DNA from: Mytilus californianus
Taxonomy: Eukaryota
DNA length: 64,000 nucleotides
Direction: 5' to 3'
Assembly (NCBI RefSeq): GCF_021869535.1
Contig: NW_026262604.1
Span: 15,996,001-16,060,000, forward strand
Within the stretch, counting starts at the first letter, position 1. The number at the start of each line of letters is the position of its first letter. Positions 51,791 through 64,000 of the stretch are shown piece by piece. The notes beneath the pieces are model-generated. The model searched no databases and was not told where the DNA came from. It saw only the letters and a program-made list of their open reading frames with translations. A program made the translations under genes and the position numbers.

Positions 51791-53124
51791 GGGAAAATTT
51801 TGTTATCTAGAATACAAAAAGGGGGAAGTCCATAAAACCTGATAAAATTAAACGCTCGACTATAATCAACCAACCGAACGAATGAAAAACAACTGTCATA
51901 TTCCTTACTTGGTACAAACATTTTCTGAAAATGGTGAGTTAAACCTGGTAACAGGGTTTATAGTTACCTAAACCTATCACTTGTTTCACCAAACTTGGAA
52001 TAACTTGGTGAAATTACTTTCCTAGGTATATGAACGTGAAATCAAAGGATAATGTTAGCTTCTTTTTATTCTTCATAAGAAGTTCTAACATAAGTCTGTC
52101 TCATACTAATACATAAACAAGTTTGTTACCAATGGCATGACGACTGTTAATTAAAAAACACTTTTTGTAGTAATAACAAGAAGTAACAGTTTTGAAATTG
52201 CATGTATTTGTTTTGTACATACGTCGACCTTACCTTCAGGTATTCGCTATACAACATTGCCAATGCAATTCACCGATGACCTTATTTTAGGACAATTTTA
52301 TATTGGTTACATATCGTTTTTACAGAATATATATATAAGACTAGTATATATACATCAAGGACACCCGGAAATCACAGTTCTATCAGGAGGTCAGAAAACC
52401 CTACAAGACATTTGTATTTATAAAGAATTCAGACTCCTATATTGTTGGGAACACCGCATTCTTCAGTAAAGGCTTTGTTTATAGGCAGTAACTCTTTACA
52501 TAGGAATGTGACTTAAGGTAAATGTATATCAGATAATAACAAGGTTGACATTGTTAATAAAATATACACAGTGCTACTTCCTTTTACAGTTCTATATTTG
52601 TAGCTTATGGACTTAAGACGGTTGTGTTTTATCGCGCACCAGTGTACCAATTTAAAACAGTATATTGTTTACACCATGTTTAAAAATGCCATTGGAAGTT
52701 CATTATCTAATTAAATGCTTAAAATACCAACATAACTAATAGAACTTTGGGAAACAATCACGGAATCCTGGAAAAAACTCACATAATCTTATAATGTGAA
52801 CGAATATATAATTTACAAAAACAAATCTATTGAATAACGTTAAAAATAATATATATAGTCTCATTACATGTTGCTGTCAATTGCATGATACTTGGATCAT
52901 AAAACAAATAATACTATTTATACATTGTTATGCCGTTATTAAATATGTATACTTTGAATTTAGCATGCTTCACAATGTCCAATAGTGATTTCTTGCAATC
53001 GTTGTATTCTATTTTTATTCTTTGCAACCAGTAACATGTAACTTTTTTTTTATTTCGCCTTGATACTTCTTTCTTATTATAAGCATACTTGTCTTGCTTA
53101 TACCACTTGCGACCTCTATATAAA

Positions 53125-53290
53125 AATCAAGAGATTTGGTATGATAACCAATAAGACAAATTTGCACCAGAGACCAAATAGCGAATAAGTTAGCAACTAT
53201 ATGTCATCGTACGACCTTCAACAATGAGCAAAACCCTTACCGCATATCAAGCTATCGAAGGCCACGACATGACAAAATGAAATACAATTC
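53125..53290 (-). repeat. Dominant dispersed repeat, 5'-truncated copy
   Basis: aagagatttggtatgataacc...caccagagaccaaat...accttcaacaatgagc. Confidence 0.7.
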
Positions 53291-53992
53291 TATTTGTGTC
53301 TTTTCTGGTCTTATTATCATGTTGTTGGGTTGTTGTCTCAATGATATAAAACCATTAATCCTTTCGGGTTTTTTTTTCACTTCTTTTATTGCAATTATGT
53401 CCATATCGGCCGAAAAAAAAACATTCGTGAATACGACGAAATAACAAAAACTGAAGTACTAATCAAAGGAATAAAATGTAAACCCCAATTTGTGCATTGT
53501 TATAAAATCATATGCAGCTGAAAAGTTCAGATTTAGGGTTAATCATTTTGCAAATTTTTATTGTATTAAAACTAATAGTTTCAATACTAAATAGTAATGA
53601 TTGAAGTTTGAAAAAATAATTATACTTAAATTATACATTAAAATTACAATAAAGAAAACATTATATTTATCTCTAACTTCATCTCTTCTACTACATAACC
53701 TGTGTTCACTTTGAATATCTTTATATTGACCATGTCCTGATTGTATGTTTAATCTATTAGTACTGTCACGAAATTTTGTTAGTAATTGTTTACTTTTAAA
53801 TCAAGTCCTATTTTCGTTTGACTCTTATAACCCATTATATTGGCCAGGTTAACTTTCAGCAGACTTGATGATGACCAACTGCAGACCCCAAACCTAAACC
53901 AACTCGGTTCTAAATAAATCACCATAAAAACGGAATCAGATCATTTATTATTCAAAAGTCATTGTATTTGTTCTTCGCCACCAGCCTCTCTC

Positions 53993-56900
53993 TCAGTGAG
54001 AGCATGCACAGAATTGACAGTTGTCTGGACCACGTAGATATCCATGCGCACAAAAGATGTTACACGTGTCGAATTCCTGAACACAAGGTTTCATCAGTTT
54101 GATTATTGGTTCTACTGACTTGGTAAGGTGCACTGTAATAAAATCAACATATCCTGAAATTATAGTAAGACTTAATTAAAACCACTTGATTTAAACTCAT
54201 TGGTATATATACTATGTGGTAACAATTAAGAATGCATGTCTGGTCAATTATATGGCAAAAAACAAGAGGCCACCGATGTTATAAACTTGAAAATTCAATT
54301 GAAATATAGCAACCAAGAGAAGAAAAAAACCCGAGAGAACCGAAAGAACTCTGAACGGAGCAATACCAAGTGCGTCGATAGCATATGTGTCACCTGTTAT
54401 GAATACATTATTCGCCATGCAAATGCAGACTCGGTGGTATCACGATGGGGAATAAGACACTATTGGCAAATTTTCAGTCCATAGTAGTATTATTAATTTA
54501 TCACATCATTCTAACTAGCCCCTTTTAGTAAGAACACACATTTGTACAACGTTGATATCCACAAGTTCAAAAAATACTACAAGTCCGAGTCGAAGGTCTG
54601 AACACAGGGGTTCATTAGTTTGATCTGGGACTATCTATTGGTCCCAGGTTTGATAATACTAGGTTCTTCTGACTTATTTAGATGCACTGCAAGGAAACAT
54701 GGTGCCAATCCTCCATTTTTTTGTTTGCTAGGTTTTTGTTGATTGTTTAAAATGTCTTTCAATGTTTTTTTCTTTTGGTCATGGTCCTAATTTCTCCGAT
54801 TTACTCTGATTTATCTGAAGGCACAACAGGTGATATTGTTTTTTTTTTGCAGCAGACATGGATACACGCGTTTGTGAAAGTTATTTTGTAACTTTGTGAG
54901 TTATGCAGGGCGGATCCAGGTAAATCGTAAAATTTGATCTTGAGAAGTAAAAAAAAAAAAAAAAAAATATCCGAATAGTAATTAAATTTCCATTTGGTAT
55001 TTACAACATCTTTTGTAATTGCGCTACTGGATATCGATAAAATATGGTCATTTGCATGTCGTCGATACTGTGTTATTACGTTCATCAAACTTTAGGCATG
55101 CGTTATGGGAACATCGCTTTTTAAGACGTTTTGATTGGTCTAGATGTCACAAGGGCGTGAGATGAGACTGTGCAAGATACCAAAGTGACACACTAAAAGT
55201 CAAAAACAAACTAACAATGCCATGGATAAAAACGAATAACAATTAAAAGACATGCATATGCACGAAATATTTGCCACTGGACTTAAATGTACAACACTAT
55301 GTATTAAAATTATATCATTGGATAATAACTTACATGCCGCTTCAATATCTGCCTTGCACGTGCAGAACGTACAGTCATTTTTGTCTGTCATAAAACCTTT
55401 CTTACACTTCACCTGGCAGATAGCTATTGCTATTACACATTTTTCACTCATTGTGTTAACGTTGCTATATAATTTTCTTGGACCCTGTGTGGTGGGTACA
55501 GCTAAAATATAAATAAAACCAATGTATATATATATAGGCTTTCCAAATACCGTTTCGATTCCTAACATCACTGAAGAGACATTAATTGTCGAAATCCGGG
55601 TATGGTGTACAAAAACCTTTGCACCTTTTGTTTGCGGTATACCATCTTTTCCGCAAGTTTATTGTTTTCTGTTTAGTATTAAATTTATAATTAAGATCCT
55701 TTTATTACATCGGTGATCCGTTTATTTGGCAATCGCCAATGGCAGTCAGCAGGGTTTAAGAACATATGTTGTTCGACCTGTTAGTCAAATGCGTTTTGTT
55801 AAAATATACTTTTTCACTTTTTTGGTCTTTTGGAAAATGTTGTTTGTGCTGTATTTAGACCCCTCTAACAAGAAATTTGTTTTGCATGCACACGTATAAA
55901 AATTGCGGTTTTTATCCAACGCAATCAAAGGTTTGAACGTTGTATTCAATTTAGACTTTTTTTTATATATATATAACATAAACGGTACCAATGTTGCCGA
56001 AATAGATGCACATTTCGACAATTAATGTCTTTTCGGTAATGGTCGAGGACAAATTATTTGAAAATCAAAAACATAAACAGACGTCGAAGAGCTGACGAAA
56101 CTAAAATACCAAACTGTGTACTCGGAAATGTTCAAAATAAAACTTTTGAAATTTCCCGGAAAAGCGATATCACGAAGTGTTTAACTCTTAAGCCGAAGAA
56201 CTGTCGACAAACGCCATACAATAAAAAATGGCGTTACGTTCGGTAGTTGTTTTGTTTGTATATCTTATTATTAATGTCTATTGAGGCATGTGGTGTTGAT
56301 GGTAGGTTTTTATTTATTACACCTTATAATCTGTCTAAATTAGAGGAATTTGAGCTTGATGTATGGTGGGTTGTCCTATATGTTGACATTTATATGTTGT
56401 TTTGTTGTTGTTCCAGAGGAACTTTCGTTAGAACGAACCATTATATGTTGACAGTTGGCCCTTATAAATCTTGTTGAATTATATTTTTTGGTGGCAAATA
56501 ATATTAAAAAAACCCCACAAATACATACATTGCGTTGCATTGGGCGCACATAAACAGTATTGACAACCACTGGGTCCATGGACATATCCATGTTCACACT
56601 TAAGAGTACACTTCTGGCTAGGTATGCATGCGTTGTTTAAAGTCGAAGGTGTTTCTATAATTATTAAAAGTTTATGACATGTCGTAAACGGTTCTAGGAT
56701 TGTTAACTCCATAATACGATGAAGGGTGCAACGCAAAAAGAAATATACACATTAAGAATAAATAGAGTAAAATGTTATATAAATGGCTGTCCTTTATATC
56801 AATTAAATACAACAGGGAAATCCTTTAACATATACAGGTCCAAATGAACAAGCAAGGCCGTATTTTCGACGTTATGTATTAAAACAATTATTCTGAAAAC

Positions 56901-59900
56901 TTCCACGTGTTGATTTATGCAAAATTGCTGTAATTTCCTAAATCTGACAAAGCCAATCGTTAGTTTTTAACATCTCTTTCCAGGATATAATGTTTTTAAG
57001 AATAATGCTTTAATGTAACAGTGTAAAATAAAAGAATTTTTGAAGAGATCACACAAGGTAGCATGTTTGAATGCCGCAGGAGATATATGAATAGTTGGAT
57101 AGGGTCGAAAAACTTATAAAACCGTATCGTGTTCCTATGATCATACTCTTAACATATGCTGCTTAAAGGGTTAAGTTTGTGCTAGAATCGAGGTAGTCTT
57201 CCAACCCACTGGTTTCCAAAGCCAGTCTTCATGTACCTGGATTTTTTTTGACTTAAGTTTTTCTGAGATTTAGTTCGTTATGTGCTCTTTTGAAATTTTA
57301 GTCAGCTTAAGGATATAATAGCGTAACTTATTGGTCTATATTAAACACAAATGAACGTTTCAATATTGATGGTTTTCGCTTGGGTGAAGGTAAACTATCG
57401 CGTGTTTGCCAAGAACAAATATATTCCTGTCACAATCAACGTGTTTGCCAAGGACAGATATATTCCTGTCACAATCAACGTGTTTGCCAAGGACAGATAT
57501 ATTCCTGTCACAATCAACGTGTTTGCCAAGGACAGATATATTCCTGTCACAATCAACCTGTTCAACCAATTTCAAGTTGGTATGGCGTAAAAGAGAACAT
57601 CAGATAAGGTTTTAGTTGGTCATAAACACGGGCAAGACTCGTCAAAGACGGGAAATATTACCATTGGGAGTCTTGAGGTTTCCCGGTCTTGCACTCATCA
57701 TTACATTTTATTTTTCATTCTGTCTTAGACGGAAACTTGTTTCAATGGCAATCACACCACACTCCTAATTTTTACATCAAATTTTTCTTTTGAATTCTTA
57801 CCAGTTGTTATTCTTTGAACATATGGTGAGCATAAGCAATACTGGCAATTGTTTGGACCAATCAGAAAGCCGTAGTTACAGGATTTATCACACGTGGTCT
57901 CAGAGGAAATACACGGGTTTATTAGAGGAACAGAAGTATGATGGACCACAGTTGTCGGCAATGTTGTTGCATCTGTAAATAGAAACAAAGAATAAATAAT
58001 GTATTCTAGAGTGTAACTTAGTCTAATACAATTGAACAATCCCCCTGAATGATTTAGTACTTATTAATGTATTTGATGAATTTTTGATGGCATTCTTTTT
58101 TATATGACAATTATTCTGATTGTGAAAAAACCCACTGAATCAAATTGTTATCAGCTGTTACAAAGCAATTCATTTTAACAGTTCATCTATTCTGAAAATT
58201 GTAAAAGGGATTTTTATTGACGCTGCGTTATGTAAACTTTAATTTTACCTTTGGACTATTTTTAGTATCTCTCTACTGTTAAATTGCAGTATAAAACAAT
58301 ATACGTATATTGTCGGATGTCGAAAACTTATTTTTAAAATAAAAACTCGACAAGCTTTTCTTCTTTTTCAACAATCAATGAGGGTCTGAATAGGGGGTAA
58401 AAAAAAGAAAAAGAAAAGAGAATCATGGGCAATAAAAGATAGATAATAATGAAGTGCTGAAATATAATGATTAAAGAATTATGGGCAAAATATATAAAGA
58501 ACAGACAAGAGTTGTCTAAACAATTAAAGAATAAATAAATGAAAGACACCCTTCCAGACCCTCATCCATAATATTGTATCTACCTGGTATACTGTCGTCA
58601 CAAAGACAGTACTGACAACCACTAGCACCAGTCATATACTTCTCACACCTCAGTATACAAAACGCCTGACTTGGAGTACACGGATTGTGATAGGATGATC
58701 CTTGAATATTGGCCTGTGGACCAAACATTCCACTCATCTGTTGGCTGCCACCTGTCTGGGGACCAATAATCGGTGATTTCATGGAAGTAGCAATATTACT
58801 TTTACCTAAAAATGAAATATAAAAGTATATTTTTATGACTCAGAAAATTATTTGGGCAGCCATGCTCATGTAAATATTTTGACGATAGCTTTAGCATGGA
58901 TACATCTTGTATTGATCCGTAATTTCAGTAGTTTCTATAATACCATTGTATAGTCCTGAACTAATTGATTGGTGGATATTTAACATTTAGTGGGAAGTTT
59001 GTCTTAAAATTCAGGACAAAAAGTGTAACAGAGAGACAGAAGATACCAAAAGTGTATTCAAACACATAAGGGTGACTTGGGAATAGAAATACATGTATGG
59101 TCACTTTAGTCTTTTTCCGACCGGCAGGAAAAGCCTCGCCAAAGATGGTCGTTCGTATAGCTGTGCGGGATGTACAAGTCAATAATCACGTCCGGTCAGA
59201 ATGGGGACGTTAAATCTGATGCCTCGTGTAAAGAGAGTACCACGCTCTCTGTCACATTAAGAACCTTACAACAACTTTTTGAGGGGTTCGTCGGTGGCCT
59301 GTTGCAAGATAAAATGTCTTTCCCTATCCAATATACAGTAATTTAACTGTCAGGTTGACTAAATGTGAGGTAATTCTGTTCAATAGTACCAGAATAAAGT
59401 GTGACGGAAATATTTGTTGGACGAACGAACGGACGGACACGGTGATTGCAATACAAAAAAAGAGGTGGTGAAAAAAATACCCACATATGCAAACAAGTAA
59501 AATATACATACTGCTCCCAGAAATACATGTACAGGTCCGACATCCTCTAGAATTTAATACATATCCATTTATACAACGTTGAAAACACAGTAATGGTGGA
59601 CAGAAGTTTATTAGAAATGCAGATGACTCTGAAAAAAGTAAATAATTTTTGAAAATATTTGTATCAATTGTATCAATTTTAATCTAGTATTTCTGTATTT
59701 TCGGAGATTGTGTATGAAGAGTGCGATGCAAAGTATCCAATCACACAAGTGAGGATCTGAGTTTTGGGGGATGGGGGTTTATTACATTGTTCTCAGTTAA
59801 TTATATACCATTTTTTCGATTCTTTTAAGTTTTTGTCCGTTATTCTCTGTTTTTCTCTATATTTTGGCACCCTTTTTTTGTCTATTCGTTTGTCCGTCCA

Positions 59901-61568
59901 ATTTACTTTATTCTTTTTTTCTTTCGCATGATTTTTTATTCTGTAAAATCCAATCCAAACCCTCATAAGTATATGTATATTAAGGTAAGGTTCCTATTGT
60001 TTATTTTTAAGAGTGATTGGAAGATTATGGTATATAATGAAATAAATCTGGTGTTGCGATGTCACCGTTTCGGAATTCAAGACAAAAGTAAACATGTACA
60101 AACAAGCGCTTGACAAATAACATTGACTACTTTAATCGGTTGCAATGAAGCACTTAGAACGAAAAAAAAATCAATTGGGTTACTGTCTCACTGCGGTATT
60201 TATAAATATTTCTCATTAATTCACATCATTACTACATATTTCCAAAACCGCTGTTTGGCTTTCCTATTTAGCACAACAAGTCATTCTAACAGTTGAAACA
60301 ATGAATAAAAGGAAATGGTAGAAGCGAGCACATTTTGACCTTGCTTCCAAACTTATTTGCCGTATTTTGTATTCATGTTCAAGTTAGTGGCCATTCTGTT
60401 GGTAGTTATTTGTGCTCGTTGATATTTATGTGTTGCTCGTTGATGTTTATGTGTTGCTCGTTGATGTTTGTGTGTTGCTCGTTGATGTTTATGTGTTGCT
60501 CGTTGATGTTTATGTGTTACTCGTTGTTGTTTATGTGTTGCTCGTTGATGTTTATGTGTTGCTCGTTGATGTTTATGTGTTGCTCGTTGATGTTTATGTG
60601 TTGCTCGTTGATGTTTATGTGTTGCTCGTTGATGTTTATGTGTTGCTCGTTGATGTTTATGTGTTGCTCGTTGATAACTATGTGTTGCTTGTTGATGTTT
60701 ATGTGTATCGTCTTGGAAGTTTCGGGTGTCGGTGGTTATTGTGCTCTATTATAGTTTCTGATATTTTTTGTAATTCTTGTTATATATTTATGCATTCTTT
60801 TCATTTTTCCTAAGATTTTTTCATTGATAAGCAAGACTTCATATTCTTAGGTTGCATTGTTTTCAACATGAATTTAAGAAACACATATGCATTATACAAA
60901 AATAATTTGTTAAATTAAATGAATTTCTAAAGACAATGGTACATGAACACATATTTTTGAGAAAAAAATTCGCATACAGAGAAAATATGTAAAACCTACA
61001 AAACAATGGGTTATGTTGTTTCCGAAAAGAAATTTCAATCAATGGATTTGTTATACAACTGGATGGATCGTACCTTAAAAATAACCTAAAGCAGGTACAC
61101 CAAGCTAAATTCTTACATGTGAAGCGGCCGAGAAGATATATCGACGTTTTGATGCATTAATTGATATATTTCTCATTTTAAAATTTTACCATCACTTCTT
61201 TTATTCAATTAAATTAATTTGAAGATAACCATTTTTGAATTAAAGGTTGCATTAGAGAGAAAAAAATATTTATTGAATATATAGTATATCCATATACATT
61301 TAATAATTTTTGTGCGTTCGAAGCGCTTTTCTGAATTTGCCTATATCATGGAACGCTAAATGTAAAAAATGTGAACGCGAAGGATATACAAATACTCGAA
61401 AACGTAACTAGTCTATGGGTGAATTTAAAATATTTCATCGAATAGATTTGTAATACAACATGATAAATTGTACCTTAAAATGACCTAAAACAAACGTGTA
61501 CACAAAGCTTAATTCTTACCTGATACTGTGTAAACAATTATAATCAAACAAATGATAAAGCTTTTCAT
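53993..61568 (-). CDS. Secreted antistasin-like Cys-rich protein, paralog A (signal peptide + 5 modules), about 291 aa
   Basis: Exons 61568-61520 (MKSFIICLIIIVYTVS), 58805-58584, 57972-57802, 56654-56529, 55501-55334, 54132-53993 (stop TGA). The internal exons (222, 171, 126, 168 nt) are symmetric phase 1. Modules: CTPSQAFCILRCEKYMTGASGCQYCLC, CISSETTCDKSCNYGFLIGPNNCQYCLC, CIPSQKCTLKCEHGYVHGPSGCQYCLC, CVIAIAICQVKCKKGFMTDKNDCTFCTC, CVQEFDTCNIFCAHGYLRGPDNCQFCAC. AATAAA (minus strand) lies at 53944-53949. The first-exon assignment is the least certain part. Confidence 0.85.
54530..54686 (-). pseudogene. Decayed duplicate (pseudo-exon) of the terminal exon of antistasin-like paralog A
   Basis: The acceptor is intact (ttgcag). 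It reads HLNKSEEPSIIK..LMNPCVQTFD versus the functional HLTKSVEPIIKLMKPCVQEFD, and is disrupted by a 30-nt insertion carrying TAG plus downstream frameshifts. Confidence 0.75.
55565..55608 (+). ncRNA. Minimal hammerhead ribozyme motif variant
   Basis: acatca-CTGAAGA-gaca(ttaat)tgtc-GAAA-t-ccgg-GTA-tggtgt. Core and stems I/II are intact; stem III has a U-G wobble. It is antisense to paralog A. Confidence 0.6.
57401..57556. repeat. 39-bp tandem repeat x4
   Basis: cgtgtttgccaaggacagatatattcctgtcacaatcaa. Confidence 0.92.
58378..58565. repeat. Short TIR-bounded element with agaata-rich interior
   Basis: 11-bp inverted termini atgagggtctg/cagaccctcat. Related copies occur near 1770-1960, 8800-8910, 21705-21905, 34230-34420 and 59760-59930. 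No clear TSD. Confidence 0.5.
59068..59335 (+). mobile_element. Copy of the same SINE-like family, 3'-truncated
   Basis: Shares cacgtccggtcagaatggggacgtt...gatgcctcgtgtaaagagag with the reverse complement of 62908-63334. Confidence 0.65.
60412..60705. repeat. 21-bp tandem repeat, about 14 copies
   Basis: gtgttgctcgttgatgtttat. Confidence 0.95.
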
Positions 61569-62637
61569 TTTTGTGTTTCTTAATTACAGCCCTCGGTTTA
61601 AAAATTCGTCAATGAAAGGGGTGATATCAATATCACGTGGACGTTTTATTTACTATCAAAGGACAACAGGTGCGACAAGAACAGAAGGAATAATGAACTG
61701 CTTAACATCCACAACTTATCTAAGACAAGACAGAAATAACTCAGTACGAAGATTTAGCACGCATTTGGTGGTCATTAGGTTTATATTTCAATTAAGGCAA
61801 CACCGAAATAGTATTCATTTTATAATGAAAAAGAAAGGAAATGTTGTATTAAATGACAGAAACCCATCATATAAATAGTATGCGTCCAAAGTGTTTTTGT
61901 GTATTTATCTTCATCAGGAATGCTCAAACTTAAACATTTGAAAGAGATGCAAAAGTACGTAGACACGTTAAGAGCTTTATGCCCAACAGGGACCAAAAAA
62001 GAGCCAAATTCATCCGAGATCAAATTTTCCTAGGTGATATTGGACCTTTGTTTCTTAATGATTTATGACAAAAATAACAACTCGCACTTGAAAAAAAGTA
62101 AAATTATTAACCACAAAGTCATGCACAGTGAGGCTTATGTAGACGTTAGATTTAAACTGTTACCGTAAAAATAATTGCAACATTCAGAGATATTTTATAG
62201 TCGCTTTTTTATTTACTTTATTTTCATATTTGTTTCTGTTTTAAACAAATATTGAGTAAAACATGAAAATAAAGTCTATAAAAGGCGATGTTGCTACGTA
62301 TATATAGATACCAGGAAAACTCTACAGCAGTTGACTCAATGCACGAATTCACGATTTAATGTAGTAAAATATTACATCCACCCCCAAAAAGAGTCAGTAT
62401 TTTATTCTTGTATATACTTCTCACAATATCTAGACAGATATCTTAAAAGTTGCATTACTGAGAAAATTCGGTAAGCAGAGACGTCGTAGCCACTGTTTCA
62501 GAGTTTGGATCATCGCAAAACGGATACTTTTAATGAAAATGGAATTAATTTCAAGCGAAAGTCAATTATCAGTTAATATAGTTTGTCGCACAACCTATGG
62601 AAGCCGGATGCGGCTAATTTCGCGTTTTCGCCTTTGT

Positions 62638-63605
62638 ATTCCAGCAGCGCCTGCATACGGAGTATATATCTCCCAATTGATACGATATTTCCGGGCTTGT
62701 GTTTCCTATCATGATTTCCTTGATAGAGGATTGCTGCTCACAAGGAAGCTATTAAACCAAGAGTTCCAAATGGTGAAGTTGAAGTCATCCCTTCGTAAAT
62801 TTTACGGACGCCATCACGAGTTGGTTGACCGTTATGGAATAACCGTTTCACAGATGATATCGGATATGTTCCTTATGTCGTAACTATAATACCTTCCCTT
62901 TTCACGATTGATTGATTGATTGTTGGTTGTTTAACGTCCAGCGGCAAATATTTCATGCATATTCAGGACGAGAACAAATAAACAATAAATACAATAGAAA
63001 GGTTCTGTAATGGGGGCGTCCGGGATTAAGGTCGGAGAAATTTAGACTGCCACGGGAAAATGAGGGTATATTGGATAGGGACAGAAATTAAGCCTTGCAA
63101 CAGGTCACCTACGGACCCCTCAAAGAGTTGTTGCAAGGGTTCTTAACGTGCAAAGAGCGTGGCACTCTCTTTACACGAGGCATCGGATTAAACGTCCCCA
63201 TTCTGACCGGACGTGGCTGCAAATTTTTACATCCCGCACAGCCAAACGGACGCCCCACTTTAGCAAGGGTTTTACTGCCGGTCGGAGGAAGACCAATGGT
63301 GACCATACTTCTATTCCCCAGTCACCCTTGGGGGTCCCTTTTCACGAATGTGACTTACCGAATTAGACTATTTACCGGATATGTAATAACATAAGCAACA
63401 CGACGGGTGCCACATGTGGAGCAGGATCTGCTTACCCTGCCGGAGCACCTGAGATCACCCCCAGTTTTTGGTGGGGTTCGTGTTGCTTAGTCTTTGGTTT
63501 TCTATGTTGTGTCATCTGTACTATTATTTGTCTGTTTGTCTTTTTATTTTTGGCCATGGCATTGTCAGTATGTTTTCGATCTATGGGTTTGACTGTCCCT
63601 CTTCT
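62638..63605 (+). mobile_element. 5'-truncated Penelope-like element: RT C-terminus plus 3' UTR, interrupted by a SINE
   Basis: IPAAPAYGVYISQLIRYFRACVSYHDFLDRGLLLTRKLLNQEF..LKSSLRKFYGRHHELVDRY..* followed by a 3' UTR whose related copies occur reversed near 51150-51260. No endonuclease domain follows the RT. Confidence 0.75.
62908..63334 (-). mobile_element. SINE-like element with (AATC)n tail inserted in the Penelope-like 3' UTR
   Basis: It is bounded by a 13-bp direct repeat tcccttttcacga (62895-62907 and 63335-63347). The minus strand ends ctggacgttaaacaaccaacaatcaatcaatc. Related copies lie at 59068-59335 and 45765-46075. Confidence 0.75.
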
Positions 63606-64000
63606 ATTAAGCTAATTATGGTAAATGAATTACAAAAAAAATGAAAGAAAATCAGACAGACATGGAATGGACAAAAAACCCGTTGAAAAACAAGAGACAA
63701 CATCATGCACGTTGAAAGCTAAAAGTTAAAAACGCATGAGAAACATAGGTTCAGGCAAAAAAAAAGACTTGGGTGAACTCAGATCTTGTTTTCCAATGTC
63801 ATGATTGAACTGTAATAATGCGCTGGATGTTTTGTCTTCCAACAGCAAGTTATCAAATACTTTAGAAAAATATACACGTGCTAGCTAGTAATAAAATATG
63901 ATTATACATTTTTTTTGCACTGTTTCAGTCATAGTCCTGTAGCTGTTGTTTGAGTTATTGTTAGAGTAGCTTTAACAGCATGTATAACAAGTCTTTGGGC

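Noticed and set aside
57351-57615. Four overlapping ORFs with 13-aa repeats, some Cys-rich
   Set aside because: Translation of a 39-bp minisatellite; no convincing splice signals tie it into the host gene.
60335-60813. ORFs of (MCCSLMF)n and (VLLVDVY)n, the longest in the track
   Set aside because: They are by-products of a stop-free 21-bp tandem repeat, antisense within intron 1 of paralog A, and I found no phase-compatible exon on the sense strand.
61060-61140. Partial duplicate of the intron start next to the paralog A signal-peptide exon
   Set aside because: Only intronic sequence is duplicated and no in-phase signal-peptide ORF precedes the gtaaga, so it is not an alternative first exon.
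63340-63400. Possible SECIS element in the Penelope-like 3' UTR (some Naiad elements encode selenoproteins)
   Set aside because: This copy lacks a clear ATGA/GA non-Watson-Crick quartet with correct spacing, and no in-frame TGA was seen in the short RT piece. It needs SECISearch on a family consensus.

Overview
AT-rich, intron-rich animal genomic DNA. The repeat families suggest a bivalve mollusc, probably a mussel (inference, not database-checked). Four spliced genes can be rebuilt by hand with GT-AG boundaries and consistent reading phase: SRP19 (+, 5 exons, 157 aa); an invertebrate Glut1/SLC2A class I sugar transporter (+, 12 exons, 513 aa); and two tandem minus-strand paralogs encoding secreted proteins. 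Each paralog has a signal peptide plus antistasin-type six-Cys modules (5 and 3 modules), one module per phase-1 exon, with a decayed pseudo-exon in the last intron of the longer one. The rest is mostly mobile DNA: Penelope-like RT remnants and their dispersed 3' ends, SINEs, MITEs with readable target-site duplications, Helentron-type elements and several minisatellites. The most unusual signals are minimal hammerhead-ribozyme motifs (one intact copy is sense inside an antistasin-like gene intron), a second hammerhead-like family with an atypical stem II, and a minisatellite grown from a real splice donor. Almost all ORFs in the supplied track are spurious or partial exons. No rRNA, tRNA gene or CRISPR array was seen. 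Repeat boundaries given as round numbers are approximate.
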